From positions 11,222,001 to 11,286,000 of the forward strand of contig CAIIXF020000001.1 in NCBI GenBank assembly GCA_903813345.2: a DNA stretch of 64,000 bases, given 5' to 3'. A model generated the notes under the pieces. That model searched no databases. It was not told the origin of the DNA and was given only the letters and a program-made list of their open reading frames with translations. Source of the stretch: Owenia fusiformis. Lineage: Eukaryota. Both the position numbers and the translations under genes were made by a program. Shown here one piece after another: positions 28,801 to 38,849 of the stretch (position 1 is the stretch's first letter; each line of letters starts with the position of its first letter).

Positions 28801-31800
28801 AAGCATGAGTTCCCGTCATCCCTAGCTAAGCATGGAGCTTGAGACCTACAACTAAATGACTTACTTACTGTAGATTGGGTTAATTTGGCGCCCGCTTTAA
28901 TTTGGCGAAATTGAAAAATTCGCCAATATAAATCTCCGCCAAAATTTAGAATGAATCCCCGGGAATCATCTAGGGTATTTCGTCCAGTGTATTAAGGTCA
29001 CTTCCGGTTTATTTTTCCAAAAATATGAAAAAATGTCTCTCATAAATTGGCTCAGAACTGGTCAGTCACTCATTTATACTCAGGGAAAAGTAGCAGCATC
29101 GATTGAGGTGTAAAATGTAAAGGATGATCTCACAAAAATGTACAAACGTGGTGAATATCGCCAGTGGTCCTCAAAAGAAAAAATGAACATAGCCAAACAT
29201 GCCCATTTAGATCTAGATCTACATGGTAATTCGCAAACAGCGCGTAAGTTTAACATTCCATTAACATTTTTTTGCATATCCGCCAAATTAAATAGCCGCC
29301 AATATGCCAAAAATGGCAAAATCGCCAAATTAAGTAGCGCCAAATTAACCCAATCTACAGTACTTAAATGCCTAGAAACTAAGCCAGATGGGCCAAAGTA
29401 TTGAAAAAGCCAACTGCAGATGCAGTTTTAATAGACTGCTCCTTTCTGGTCCTTTCTGGTGTTTCATCCCAAGTTAAGGCAGCTAATGGAAGGTGTTCAA
29501 AGATTAGATGTTGTCTGGAATGTTTACATACAAAACAGTGATAAGTCCCTAACAAGGATTTATTGTGGCACTGGTGCTAGAAGGATGATTTATGCAGAGA
29601 TGCACAAATGCCAAAGAATTGGCCAGCCTTTCTAACAAATTTTCTTAAATTGCCAGATATAGCAATGATTGAACCTTGTACTCATGAAAAAGCTGACACT
29701 AGGCTCTTTGTTCATATAAAACAGATGACCTCAGAGGGTAAAAAATACTTCATAATCAGAAGTGGAGATACTGATGTCCTTTTTCTTGCCATAGCTGCAG
29801 GATTAGGGCGCAATATGTGTCAATCCAGATTGCCTTCGGACCTCTCAAAAATTACAGGTATTAAATTATATTATATAACTGCACCATTCTTTGACCATAG
29901 CAAAGAATCTGCCCTTCAATCTATGGAATGTGTTCAAGGAAGTTACTCCAGCTTTTCTACAAGTGGCACAAATGGTTACAACAAACTTGATTTGTCAGAT
30001 CAAGCCATTCAGTCCCTGGAACATTTTACTTTTTATTATTATATGATCAAACCAGCAACCAGATAGATATCAATGCAGTACGAAGGCTAATGTTCTGTAA
30101 CAGTCATACAGTCATTGACAAATACCACCAACAAAAGGAGCCCTTGCACAGAAAATCTTAACTTGCTAACCAAGGCAGTATAGTTTAGTGCCATAACTAA
30201 AATGGTTATTGAGTTCACAACATGTGGCTGGCAGTATGACATGTCCCTCCTGATCCCACTATGTACATCCCTTCCTCAAGCAGCTAAGGCATGCCAAGCA
30301 TTGGTCAAGTGTGGGTGCAAGGTGAAATGTGGTCCTAGGTGCACATGTTACAAAAGTGGATTTCTATACATTGCAATGTACAAATCCCATGGTCAATGAA
30401 AGTCATTTGACTAAAAAAGTAGGGGACATAAAGTTGAGCCTTGTGGGACTCCAGTTTTCACACAAAAATAATCTAGTGACTTTAAATGCATATGACCATC
30501 GAATAGGTACTATTATTAGTCATGTTTGATCAGTATTTAACTATTTCGACAAATTAAATGATGATATTAGTCAATTTTAGTGATTTGCCGATACATTGTG
30601 GCGGCCATATTGGATTTTTGGTGAAACAGTCAATGGATTGCTTGGTGCCACTTCAGGTTCTCAAAAGGATGGTATGAAGTTTTGAAATCCACCTACAGAT
30701 TGCTTCTATATATTTTTGAAATATTCTGTGAACTTATCTCCTATTCAAACCCGACTAAAATGTGTATGTATGGATAATATTTGAACATTTCAATCCCTCC
30801 CTCCCCCATAGAATATGCCTGGTCAAAGCTTTAAACCCAAGATGCCCACCCCTACATATACTGAAAGCTTTTTTCTTACTGAGTTTAAAAAACTTATTCT
30901 ACCTTCATTTGCAATTTACATTTACCTACATTTTCATTTACCCACATTTAAAACAAGGCATTAACATGCAAAATGTCACCACCTACCATTTGCTACAGAT
31001 ACCAAATGCCGAAACACCATCCGCCAAATGCCATCCACAAAAAGACTGAAATTATAACAATATGTCACCACTTCGGGTGGTGACATAAAAATCCATAAAC
31101 ATTTTCAAGTCAGTGCAAATTCGCTTTCAACTGAAAGCAGCTGTAAGGCATATTTACCCCTCTTCCTGCTCCATGGCATCAGGGTCAGAAGACACAGTGG
31201 GTTTAGTCTGTCTTAGAAGAGTAATATAAGCATGGAATATATCTGCCTTCACATTCTCCTCGCGCTCTGAAAATACAGGGTAATGTAGTATAACATAACA
31301 AGGCATTAACATGAAAAATGTCACCACCTGCCATTTGTAACAGATGTCGAACATCAAACGCCAAATGCTGAACACCATCCACAAAAAAGTAGGAGACTGA
31401 AACAGTGTGGCGGTGGTGACATAATAACTTTTAGAGTGCCATTGTTCCAGTACATGGTCTTAATTCCTTTATTCCCTCAATGAACATTTGCTCTCATATT
31501 ATTTTATTTTGCAGTAAACATGTTTCATACCTTTGAATCTCGACACAAGTGCAGGTGATACAGTCTTATAGAGCTCCTGCAACATCTCATGTCTTGTCCC
31601 CATGATAGCATCCAAACACTTGGCTGAGGACCTCCTCACCTTCCAGCTCATGTCATCATCATCACTGTACTCATCATCAGACTCTCTATAATTAACACAT
31701 AAAATATGGCATATGATTTCCACATATTAGTTGGCAAAAATCATCAGACTCTCTATAATTAACACATAAAATATGGCATATAATTTCCAATATTAGTTGG

Positions 31801-34800
31801 CATAAATCATCAGGCTCTGTAATTAACACATAAATATGGCATTAACCTTCATCTCTCTATGACTACTATGTAGAATGTGGCAAAAATCTACCACACAAGA
31901 TATGGCCTAAATTGTGATTTATTTTCCATTATGACATAACTTTTAAAACAATCCCTTCAAAAAATATAGTGAGAACAGACATCTTGCAGTGATTTTATTT
32001 AGTTTACTGTCTTTGATACATGCTACAACTGATTATTACTAAGACTTAAGACACATGGGAAGTTGTTTCTTTGAATAAATTATGCAAAAATTATCTTGAA
32101 GGAACTGTTTTTGAACAAAATAATTGCTCTTCTGAAAATTTGGTTTCATTCAACAAGGTTAATGTCTGGTGGTCTATAAGCTAATGAATATATGAACAAT
32201 GTGTTGAACCAAAGTAAAAACTTTTAAGACTTACTCTTCCTCATCATCCTCCATATCTTCATCCATCCCCTCATCCCCATCCTCCTCATCATAGTTGTAG
32301 TTAGGGTCATGTTTGATGTAGTCCAGACACAGGTCAATCACCTAAATTGAAACATTACTTTAAATGTTGTAGCATATATGGCAAATTAAGAGAGTCGGGA
32401 CCTGGCTTGACTTATGTAATGGTAATCGGTGGGACATATGAGTACCAACTATGCTGATTTCCACTATAACTGAGCCCAATGTTAGATGCAGACTGGACTG
32501 AGGGAATCTTAAATGTTATGACACAGCCAGAGGTTAATTTTGCTGTGGTCCAGATTCAGTCATCAATTCTGTTTTCAAAATGGTTGACTTGCCAGATTTC
32601 TTTCTCTACTTTGCTTATTAAACTGTATATTGTGTGTAATTCCTAACATCCAGAAACAGCCATCTTTCATATGAATATGATGATGTTAAAAAATGTCCAG
32701 TTTGTTGTTTAAAAGACACAATTGAGGTCACATCACATGAGATCTATTGCCAATCACATGACAACAATCATCCAATCAAAGGCCAGGAACATTGTGAGAA
32801 AATGAACATAAATATTCAACTCACCACTGGTATATGGGGAGATATTTCTTTAGGGCATCTTCTGACAAATGACTCGAAGGCCTGTATACAATACTCTCTC
32901 AGTTCATCATCTTCTATCTTACAGAAGCTTACAATAAGAGGCACTATTTTTTCTAAATGTTCCCCAATCCTGTGGCCTGCTGAACGACTGCAACATTGAA
33001 ATTCATTATGTTAATTCATAACCTAAAAGGCATACATGAATCAAGGCTACATATGGGTTAAAAAGGAATTCTCAATGGGTTTAAATGAGAAGACAGTACA
33101 ACAGAGGTATTTGGACATAACAGTTATAATAGGGTTATGCTACTTAATATCTGTGAGTGGATAGTCTCATCCTCCAAACATAGGATACAGATTCAGATAT
33201 TCTGGAACTTGAATCACTGCGATCGGAGGATGGGATAGTCTGGGATATTAAATTTCAAAACAGGGTTAAAGTTGAAAGTTGATCCATAGTGAATGACAGA
33301 CGAGTATACAAATTACATTAGAATCATTCATGCTATACCTTATTGCCCCAATACATTGTATATATGTACGAGTGGTAGATGTAGATTTGTTCTTTTGTAG
33401 CTCAGTTAATAAGAAGTCAATCAGCTCTACAAACAGGCAGCTGTTGCAGCTTGATACAAGGTGGCCTAAAATATAATAGCACAATTGTTACATTTGTGGT
33501 CATAGACTTTTCTATATGCTTTTATTAAGACAATTTAAGCCTATGAGTGTCAAAACAGGAAAAATATTTAAACAAGCATAAGGAAACTCATATTTCTATT
33601 TTGTTATTAACATTCATTTTCATCATGACATTGAAGTTGATAATTCTACTTTGCAAATCTGAGTACATTAAATGGGTTATCTGTGTGTGAATATTCACCC
33701 ACCTATGGCTAGTATAGATCTCTTTCTAACAGCTAATCTGGGGCTAGCAAGCTGTGGCAGCAAGGCTTGTTGTATTGAAGGGTGAAATGTGATAAGTAGA
33801 CCACCAAAGCGACTCAGTAAATCACCAAGTATATCCAATGCCTCAAGCTGTACCGATACGTCCTCTTGCTAAAACACACAATTGTTACACATACCGTATT
33901 CTCTGTAATTAGCGCCCAGGGCGTTTAGAAAATTGAAAATACATTATTTAGACCATTCTAATAAGCGCCCGTGTATGAAAGAAATCAGAAATCCCGAGGA
34001 ATTTCATGTATGGCAATTTTTCTTGACAAGAATGCATTTTCTTCAACATATTTTTATAATAATATGACAAGTGCTGTTATTGGAGAGAATACGGTAAAGA
34101 TCGCTTAGACAATATTGACAGTGGTTGAAGACCCGTCTATGTCTAATTTATTTCCGGCACGCCCACTTTGTCATTATCGCCGATTACCTTCAATATTTCC
34201 ACTAGAGACTGCTGGATATCGATCTAAAGTTATACATTATTTCTAATTTGATGAGAGATCATCATTATTCGTGCAAAAGTCGTGTAAAAGTCGAGAAACA
34301 TTAAAAAGAAACCAGAAAGTTCACGACCTTGACATGCGCAGAACATCTGCGCAGTAGCTTTTGAAATTTCTGAATGCCGATAAAGAACAATTCCTTCATT
34401 CATTATGGACTATTTGGAGACAATATTAGCATGGTATGGTGTGGGAAGCACCCATCGATAGATATGTATCGAGAGGATGCATAGAATTACAAAACGCGTC
34501 GTGTTTACAGCAGTTTTAGGGTAAGTACTCTATTATCGCCCGCTCCTGGATTTTGAGAAATATTTTTTTCCTGATATATTCTTCAATTCTTGTTGATTTC
34601 TCGATGTTTCTTGAACTTTGTGAAGCGGGGTGGGCGCTTATTAGAGAGTGGGCGGTAATTACAGAGAATACGGTATGTATCACACATGTGGAAAACAAGG
34701 CATTAATATGCAAAATGTCACCACCTACCATTTATGACAGACACCAACCACAAACCCCCAACCAACTGCCAAACACCAACTGCTGAACACCATCCAAAAA

Positions 34801-37800
34801 TATTGGAGACTATAACAATATCAAGGGAGGTGAGCTCTACACCAGTTTTTTCTGGGTCATTTAAAATATTAAAATGTGAACACCTGCTAATCTGGCACTT
34901 TTGACTGTTCCAAATAGCATTCAGATAACTCATTATTTCTGAATATAAAACAGGGACTCTATTTTGAAACTGCACTCACTTTTTAAATGACTCATTTTTA
35001 AAATTGCACTCACTTTTGAAATTGCACTTGTTAATCTGCCAGTGATTTTCTTACAAATATTAGCCGCGAGTGCTGTACTCGCTGGAGGAAGTTCACTGAT
35101 CACTGTCTTTAATCCTGGAAAACAAAAAATAAAGTGAAACATATAACATGTCATGATGTTTACTTGTTAAAAGATCTGAAACTTTTCGGTTAATAAATAC
35201 TATTAAATTCACTAGAGATTCATTTATACTCTTTTTGATGTATTATCTCATCACTTTTCATTAATGACCATCAATAATTTTCTTTTATAATGAGAACAAA
35301 ATCCCCTAAAAGGATTACAAAACATTGCTAGCAAAAAAAAAAGATCAAAACCAACCTATGCTGGATATATCTCTGAGTTGCTCCTTGTCTGACAGCATAT
35401 TGCTACACAGTGTGTCTATAATTGTCTCTACTTGGAACTCTTTTACTTTGTTTACCAGTGGACCTAGGCTGAAATTATTAAATGACATGTTATTTTTTAT
35501 TTGTCACAGTTTTGAATTTCATATTACGCTCTAGCATCAGATCAGATGAGGCACTTGCCTCTGTGCTTCATCTCATCATGTAAAGTATTATCATTGCAGT
35601 CTTCTATTGCCATCATAATTTACATTCATATTTCTGTCTGAGTTACATAGCTACATATACTAGGAATTTATGAATCAAATATCATTAATTGTTGGGTTTA
35701 ATATTTGTATAAATATTATTTCTTTTTTATATGTATAGTACATGAAGATTGACACTACATGTATTAAATGTTGTTTTACCATTTTACAGCTAAATTTTGA
35801 ACCTCTCCATTCTTGTCTTCCAAAAGTTTCAGCAACATTTTCACCACTTTTCGTTCGCTATCATCATCTAGCTTGATAGAATCTTTTTGCAGTTCAGCCA
35901 TCAAGTCATTTGTTGCCATGAACCGAAAATCTTTGTCACTGGAGGTCATCTAAAAAGGAGCACATCATTAAGTCATTTGCCATGTCCATAGTACTAGAGA
36001 ATGAATGAAGCCTTTTGCCAGCATATAACCTATAAGTTACCAGGTCAAACAAGGGTTTCTCACAACAAATTAATAAAAAAAATCATAAATTCAACAGGGA
36101 AAAGTTGAAAAGTCCCTAAAAACAACAGGCGGTTTTGTGAAAACAAACCGTGAAAGTCGCCTGTTGCCTGCTGCTAATGAAACCCCTGTCAAAGCAACTT
36201 AATAATGAATGATGCCCTTAACACAACATAGATCTGAAGGTAAATACAACCATGAATGCATTCTACTAAAAATTACTTGCCTACTATGGACATTTACCTA
36301 CAAAATAATTTTTTGCTTCTACTAACAAGACAAAACAACAAAAAGATGAAATCCATACATTATTGTATATGGTTTATACATCATTGCAAATCTGTTATCT
36401 CTGTAAATGATGCATAAATATGATGTTTTTCTCATACTGAGTGTACATCTCTCATGGTTTTTTCTCAGTAAGAAGCTAAAGTCCAGCCAGGTATAATTTT
36501 CTTACACAAAGTGTAAATACTGCAACAAGTGACAAGAGACAGCATTATAGAGTACATACAGGCATTCTCTGCCATGGGGCATTCCCGGACAAAGCCTTGG
36601 CATCAGGAATTGTTAGACTGTACAATACAACTGTATAATATATATATATATATCACCATATTGATGAATCGATGTGTCTAATTTGAAGTTTCAATAAAGA
36701 AATCATAAAAGACAATATTGAAGATTGTCCTACAATGTCCTGTGTCCCTGAATACCCCTATGTACATGTACCAGGCCCGTTGCCAGGATTTGCCAAGGGG
36801 GTGGGGGGGGGGGGTTCAGTTTTCAAAAATTTCCAGGGGGAGTTCACATTTGACAATTTTGGCCCAAATATGGCTAAAATCACTTGAGAAGTGCTCAAAA
36901 TAGTGAAAAACTGCATGATTTTGAAAGAATTTTTGGCCAGGGGAGGGGGATTCGCTCAAACCGTGCGAACCCCCCCCCCCCTGGCTACGGGCCTGTGTAC
37001 TCTTGTGTCAAGTGGTATACACTTGGATAAAGAAGAATGGTGGATAAGTAAAACAATTTGTCATACACTACAATAGTTGGTTCACCTTGAAGATCAAATG
37101 TTTAGTTAGTGTCAAGCTCCTGGTCAAGCTTCAGACTGAGATTATCAACATCAACATGCATCTTTGATCTCTTTACAGTGGGGGACAAAAATAAAACTCA
37201 ACGTTCACAAGTTGTCACAATGAGCTAAATTCCAAGTTTCGTGTCTCAAACTCTCCCAAGCGGTAGAAAAATAATTCCCGTTCACTAAAGTAGCACAATA
37301 AATGAATACAAAGCTTCATACCTGCAAATAATGGATAAATCCCTACTAAATCGAATGAATGTTTTCATGAATCGCCATGTTTGTTATCCAAGGAAGGTTG
37401 ACTCCCAGAATGCAACATCAATAACCATATTTACTCATGACAGGTTTCAAAATGGCGGAACAGCATTTTGAAAGCTGGCACGTGTCATGTTGCATTCTGG
37501 GAGCCAATCCTCCGTTCCGGCGCAATCGGACGACAAAATCACCTCAATATTTGAAGAGTCGGCAAAACATGTGAATATCCACTTCAACTTTTGAAGTTCT
37601 TATTTGTCATTAGGGACACAAATTCCACTATATTTGGATTTACTCAGACGGAGAAAATAGAGCACTGAATACAATGAGGTAAGAATTTATTAAATGTGCG
37701 ACAGCATGTAATTTTCATAGCTTTTGCAATTCTTTATGATCCCCACTGTAGGCTAGTCTTTGACTTTGGTTCAAAATAATTCTGGAAAAATAACAATAAA

Positions 37801-37860
37801 AGGTAAAGTGTTTCTCACCTTCTCCAGAAGATTTGCGATGTGGTAAGATACACTTGCCAT
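10829..37860 (-). CDS. CAND1: Cullin-associated NEDD8-dissociated protein 1 (HEAT-repeat SCF exchange factor), complete, 29 coding exons, 1234 aa
   Basis: Exons in transcript order: 37819-37860, 35780-35949, 35356-35468, 35014-35114, 33703-33868, 33339-33465, 32825-32987, 32235-32341, 31531-31685, 31158-31266, 25441-25626, 24920-25031, 24542-24635, 24116-24233, 23577-23742, 23211-23310, 22302-22387, 21915-22029, 21559-21701, 20981-21144, 20341-20435, 19800-19903, 19548-19615, 18811-19000, 18328-18516, 18058-18129, 17555-17726, 17087-17233, 10829-10959. All phases are compatible and lengths sum to 3705 nt. Recognisable CAND1 peptides: [89 protein letters not shown]-terminus MDTS*. Confidence 0.97.
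11024..11318 (+). mobile_element. Mini HINE-like (Helentron-associated) element, ACAAGGCATTAACATG family
   Basis: 5' ACAAGGCATTAACATG..AAAATGTCACCACC and 3' GGTGGTGACATAA (subterminal inverted repeat); no TSD seen. Related copies at 20655, 30953, 31298, 34695 and 61741-61943 (minus). Confidence 0.7.
12824..13120. mobile_element. MITE with CA(A/G)TGGCGTAGCG TIRs (hAT-like ends)
   Basis: CAATGGCGTAGCGT...ACGCTACGCCACTG, flanked on both sides by TATTGTATTG. TSD length is ambiguous because the site is a microsatellite. Confidence 0.75.
13185..15398. mobile_element. Mutator-like/foldback element: ~125-bp near-perfect outer inverted arms with a subterminal 15-16-bp tandem array
   Basis: 13185-13309 is the reverse complement of 15273-15398. 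A (CCYAAGACAACTCAT)n array spans 13321-13676, with its degenerate complement (TTGGGATGAGTTG) at ~15185-15246. No clear TSD. Confidence 0.6.
13841..14235 (-). mobile_element. HINE-like element
   Basis: ATCACACCATC...GATGGTGTGAT subterminal inverted repeats, internal tandem duplication, ends ...CTTGT. Confidence 0.6.
16272..16427. mobile_element. hAT-type MITE
   Basis: CAGGGATTTCA...TGAAACCCCTG TIRs with 8-bp TSD TATTAGGT. A related inverted copy lies at ~36050-36188. Confidence 0.8.
16781..17118. repeat. ~60-bp tandem repeat derived from the CAND1 exon 28 end plus splice donor
   Basis: About six diverged units of TTTACTAACCTGCATCTTGTATTG..AGTAATGATGCCACT; the last unit is the real exon end and donor. 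Confidence 0.85.
20655..20768 (+). mobile_element. Mini HINE-like element (ACAAG family)
   Basis: ACAAAGCATTAACATG..TGTCACCACC...TGTCAACACTTCTGGTGGTGACA (3' hairpin). Confidence 0.6.
21311..21558. repeat. Minisatellite (TACATGATGTAGTACAGTA-like) abutting a CAND1 splice donor
   Basis: Degenerate ~20-26-bp units ending at the GTATAC donor (21553-21558). Confidence 0.75.
22664..23155. mobile_element. Kolobok-like non-autonomous element
   Basis: TTAA on both flanks, AG...CT termini with imperfect TIRs; internal inverted pair ATTGGCCCCCACGTGAT / ATCACGTGGGGGCCAAT. Confidence 0.55.
27579..28773 (+). mobile_element. HINE/DINE-1-like (Helentron-associated) element with internal ~135-148-bp tandem repeats and (ACGG)n
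   Basis: Subterminal inverted repeat ATCCCATCGAAC / GTTCGATGGGAT, 3' hairpin CGAACTTCGTTCG, (GGAC/GTAC)n at 28652-28730. A highly similar inverted copy lies at 48528-49995. Confidence 0.85.
28868..29360. mobile_element. MITE with (TA)CTGTAGATTGGGTTAATTTGGCGC TIRs
   Basis: Perfect TIRs of ~24 bp and CGCCAAATT subrepeats. It interrupts the right Academ arm; the empty site is visible in the left arm (~27260-27275). Confidence 0.85.
30953..31088 (+). mobile_element. Mini HINE-like element (ACAAG family)
   Basis: ACAAGGCATTAACATGCAAAATGTCACCACC...TGTCACCACTTCGGGTGGTGACATAA. Confidence 0.75.
31298..31424 (+). mobile_element. Mini HINE-like element (ACAAG family)
   Basis: ACAAGGCATTAACATGAAAAATGTCACCACC...GGTGGTGACATAA, about 30 bp from the exon 10 acceptor. 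Confidence 0.75.
31674..31843. repeat. Three ~66-bp tandem units containing the CAND1 exon 9 splice acceptor
   Basis: TCATCAGACTCTCTATAATTAACACATAAAATATGGCAT repeated at ~31674, ~31741 and ~31807 (third copy degenerate). Confidence 0.85.
33894..34673. mobile_element. Tc1/pogo-type MITE
   Basis: TA|CCGTATTCTCTGTAATTA...TAATTACAGAGAATACGG|TA with subterminal TAAGCGCCC repeats. Confidence 0.85.
34695..34832 (+). mobile_element. Mini HINE-like element (ACAAG family), degenerate 3' end
   Basis: ACAAGGCATTAATATGCAAAATGTCACCACC; interior similar to the 30953 and 31298 copies. Confidence 0.65.
36772..36995. mobile_element. MITE with CAGGCCCGT TIRs
   Basis: CAGGCCCGTTGCCAGG...CCTGGCTACGGGCCTG, with TGTAC on both flanks. 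Confidence 0.75.
37176..37748. mobile_element. Tc1/mariner-type MITE in CAND1 intron 1
   Basis: TA|CAGTGGGG...CCCCACTG|TA; internal inverted pair CTCCCAGAATGCAACAT / ATGTTGCATTCTGGGAG. Confidence 0.7.
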
Positions 37861-38134
37861 GGTTAATTCTTTCTGATGTTATTTTCTTCTAGGATTATGT
37901 GTATCGTTGCATAAATAAGCAACAATTCAGCAAATGTTGGAGAAAAAATAGCCGGTCACTTTTCTAAATGAATTTCCTGTGCGCATGCGCTCTTGAGGTA
38001 AAGTGTTAGGGACCTACCATTTTTGTCGATAAACATTGAAATAGGTCTAATTATTTTGTTGGTTTTATCGATAAATACGACTTACATAGTTTTATTTTAA
38101 ACGTACTTTTTAAATTTTATCTTATTCTCCAAAG
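37861..38134. promoter_or_regulatory. Candidate bidirectional promoter between CAND1 and SLC6 with an NRF1-type palindrome
   Basis: TGCGCATGCGC at 37980-37990 matches the NRF1/ewg-type motif. It lies between the CAND1 ATG (37860, minus) and plus-strand splice signals from ~37998. Confidence 0.5.
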
Positions 38135-38331
38135 ATGACATCGACTATTGCACGTAACTGAACTATCATATATCATTGATCGATCCCCAAAAACTAGTTC
38201 AATTTATTCATCAAGTTGATGGTTCATCCGGGGAATTAGCAGATATTAGACCGAGTGAAATTTTGCATCAAATAAACTCAAATTTCTGGACTAACAAAGA
38301 CATCGAGACACTATTTAATAGTGCAATCACA

Positions 38332-38367
38332 ATGACTCCATCTGGAGATGCACCCGATGCAGAAAAG
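38332..38367 (+). CDS. Probable first coding exon of the SLC6 gene (MTPSGDAPDAEK), followed by a ~19.7 kb intron
   Basis: ATG at 38332 and a strong phase-0 donor AAG|GTGAGT at 38368, matching the phase-0 acceptor of exon 58101, which is open from its first base. An upstream acceptor (ttattctccaaag, ending 38134) and a donor (GAG|GTAAAG, ~37998) suggest 5'UTR exons. Linkage to SLC6 is inferred, not proven. Confidence 0.55.
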
Positions 38368-38849
38368 GTGAGTGCATTTATTTTTGGAAGAACGAATGAG
38401 CACACGTGTTTTTCGTACAAAAAGTTCCCTCCAAAAATGGTGACCCATTTGCAGACCATTGCAGATTGCATTTGTTGACATAATCAAGCTTCAAAAATTT
38501 ACTTTGTATATTTTATTGATTGTGTAACTTATTATTATTTAGTCTAACACCTTTAATGGTTTGTCATAAATATTGTTATTTTGATGCACATTTTGCGAGT
38601 TACAAATAGATTGACCTTGCGAATCAGCTGATTCAATGCACGAATAACTGACAAAGATGGCTGCATAAATATTTTCGTGAACATTTATTGACGATCGGTT
38701 TCAAGCAGTTGCATTGCTATTTTATATATCTTTTCTCAGATTTTACTTAGCAAGTGATATCTGTAATATGTGTTATTTCCATATTCCGACCTTGGATCTA
38801 CAGTTTGTCCAACAACATTGGATCTAGTCAGGGGCCTCGTTTCTTATCT

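Larger units (their letters stand above)
25746..30757. mobile_element. Palindromic Academ(X)-derived element: two inverted copies of the 3' end (XPG-like domain plus Cys-rich finger pseudogene)
   Basis: Termini TAGTC...GACTA. Left arm 25746-~27445 (minus) and right arm ~27490-30757 (plus) are reverse complements. Frameshifted peptides include [16 protein letters not shown](E/K)[26 protein letters not shown] and [33 protein letters not shown], consistent with the XPG plus Cys8 region described for Academ proteins. Confidence 0.75.

Noticed and set aside
26023..30399. Cys-rich ORFs as host tesmin/CXC or metallothionein genes
   Set aside because: They are frameshifted, intronless, duplicated in inverted orientation and enclosed by transposon termini.
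38176..38478. 100-aa single-exon ORF
   Set aside because: It starts at TTG and reads through a strong splice donor at 38368; only 38332-38367 is plausibly coding.
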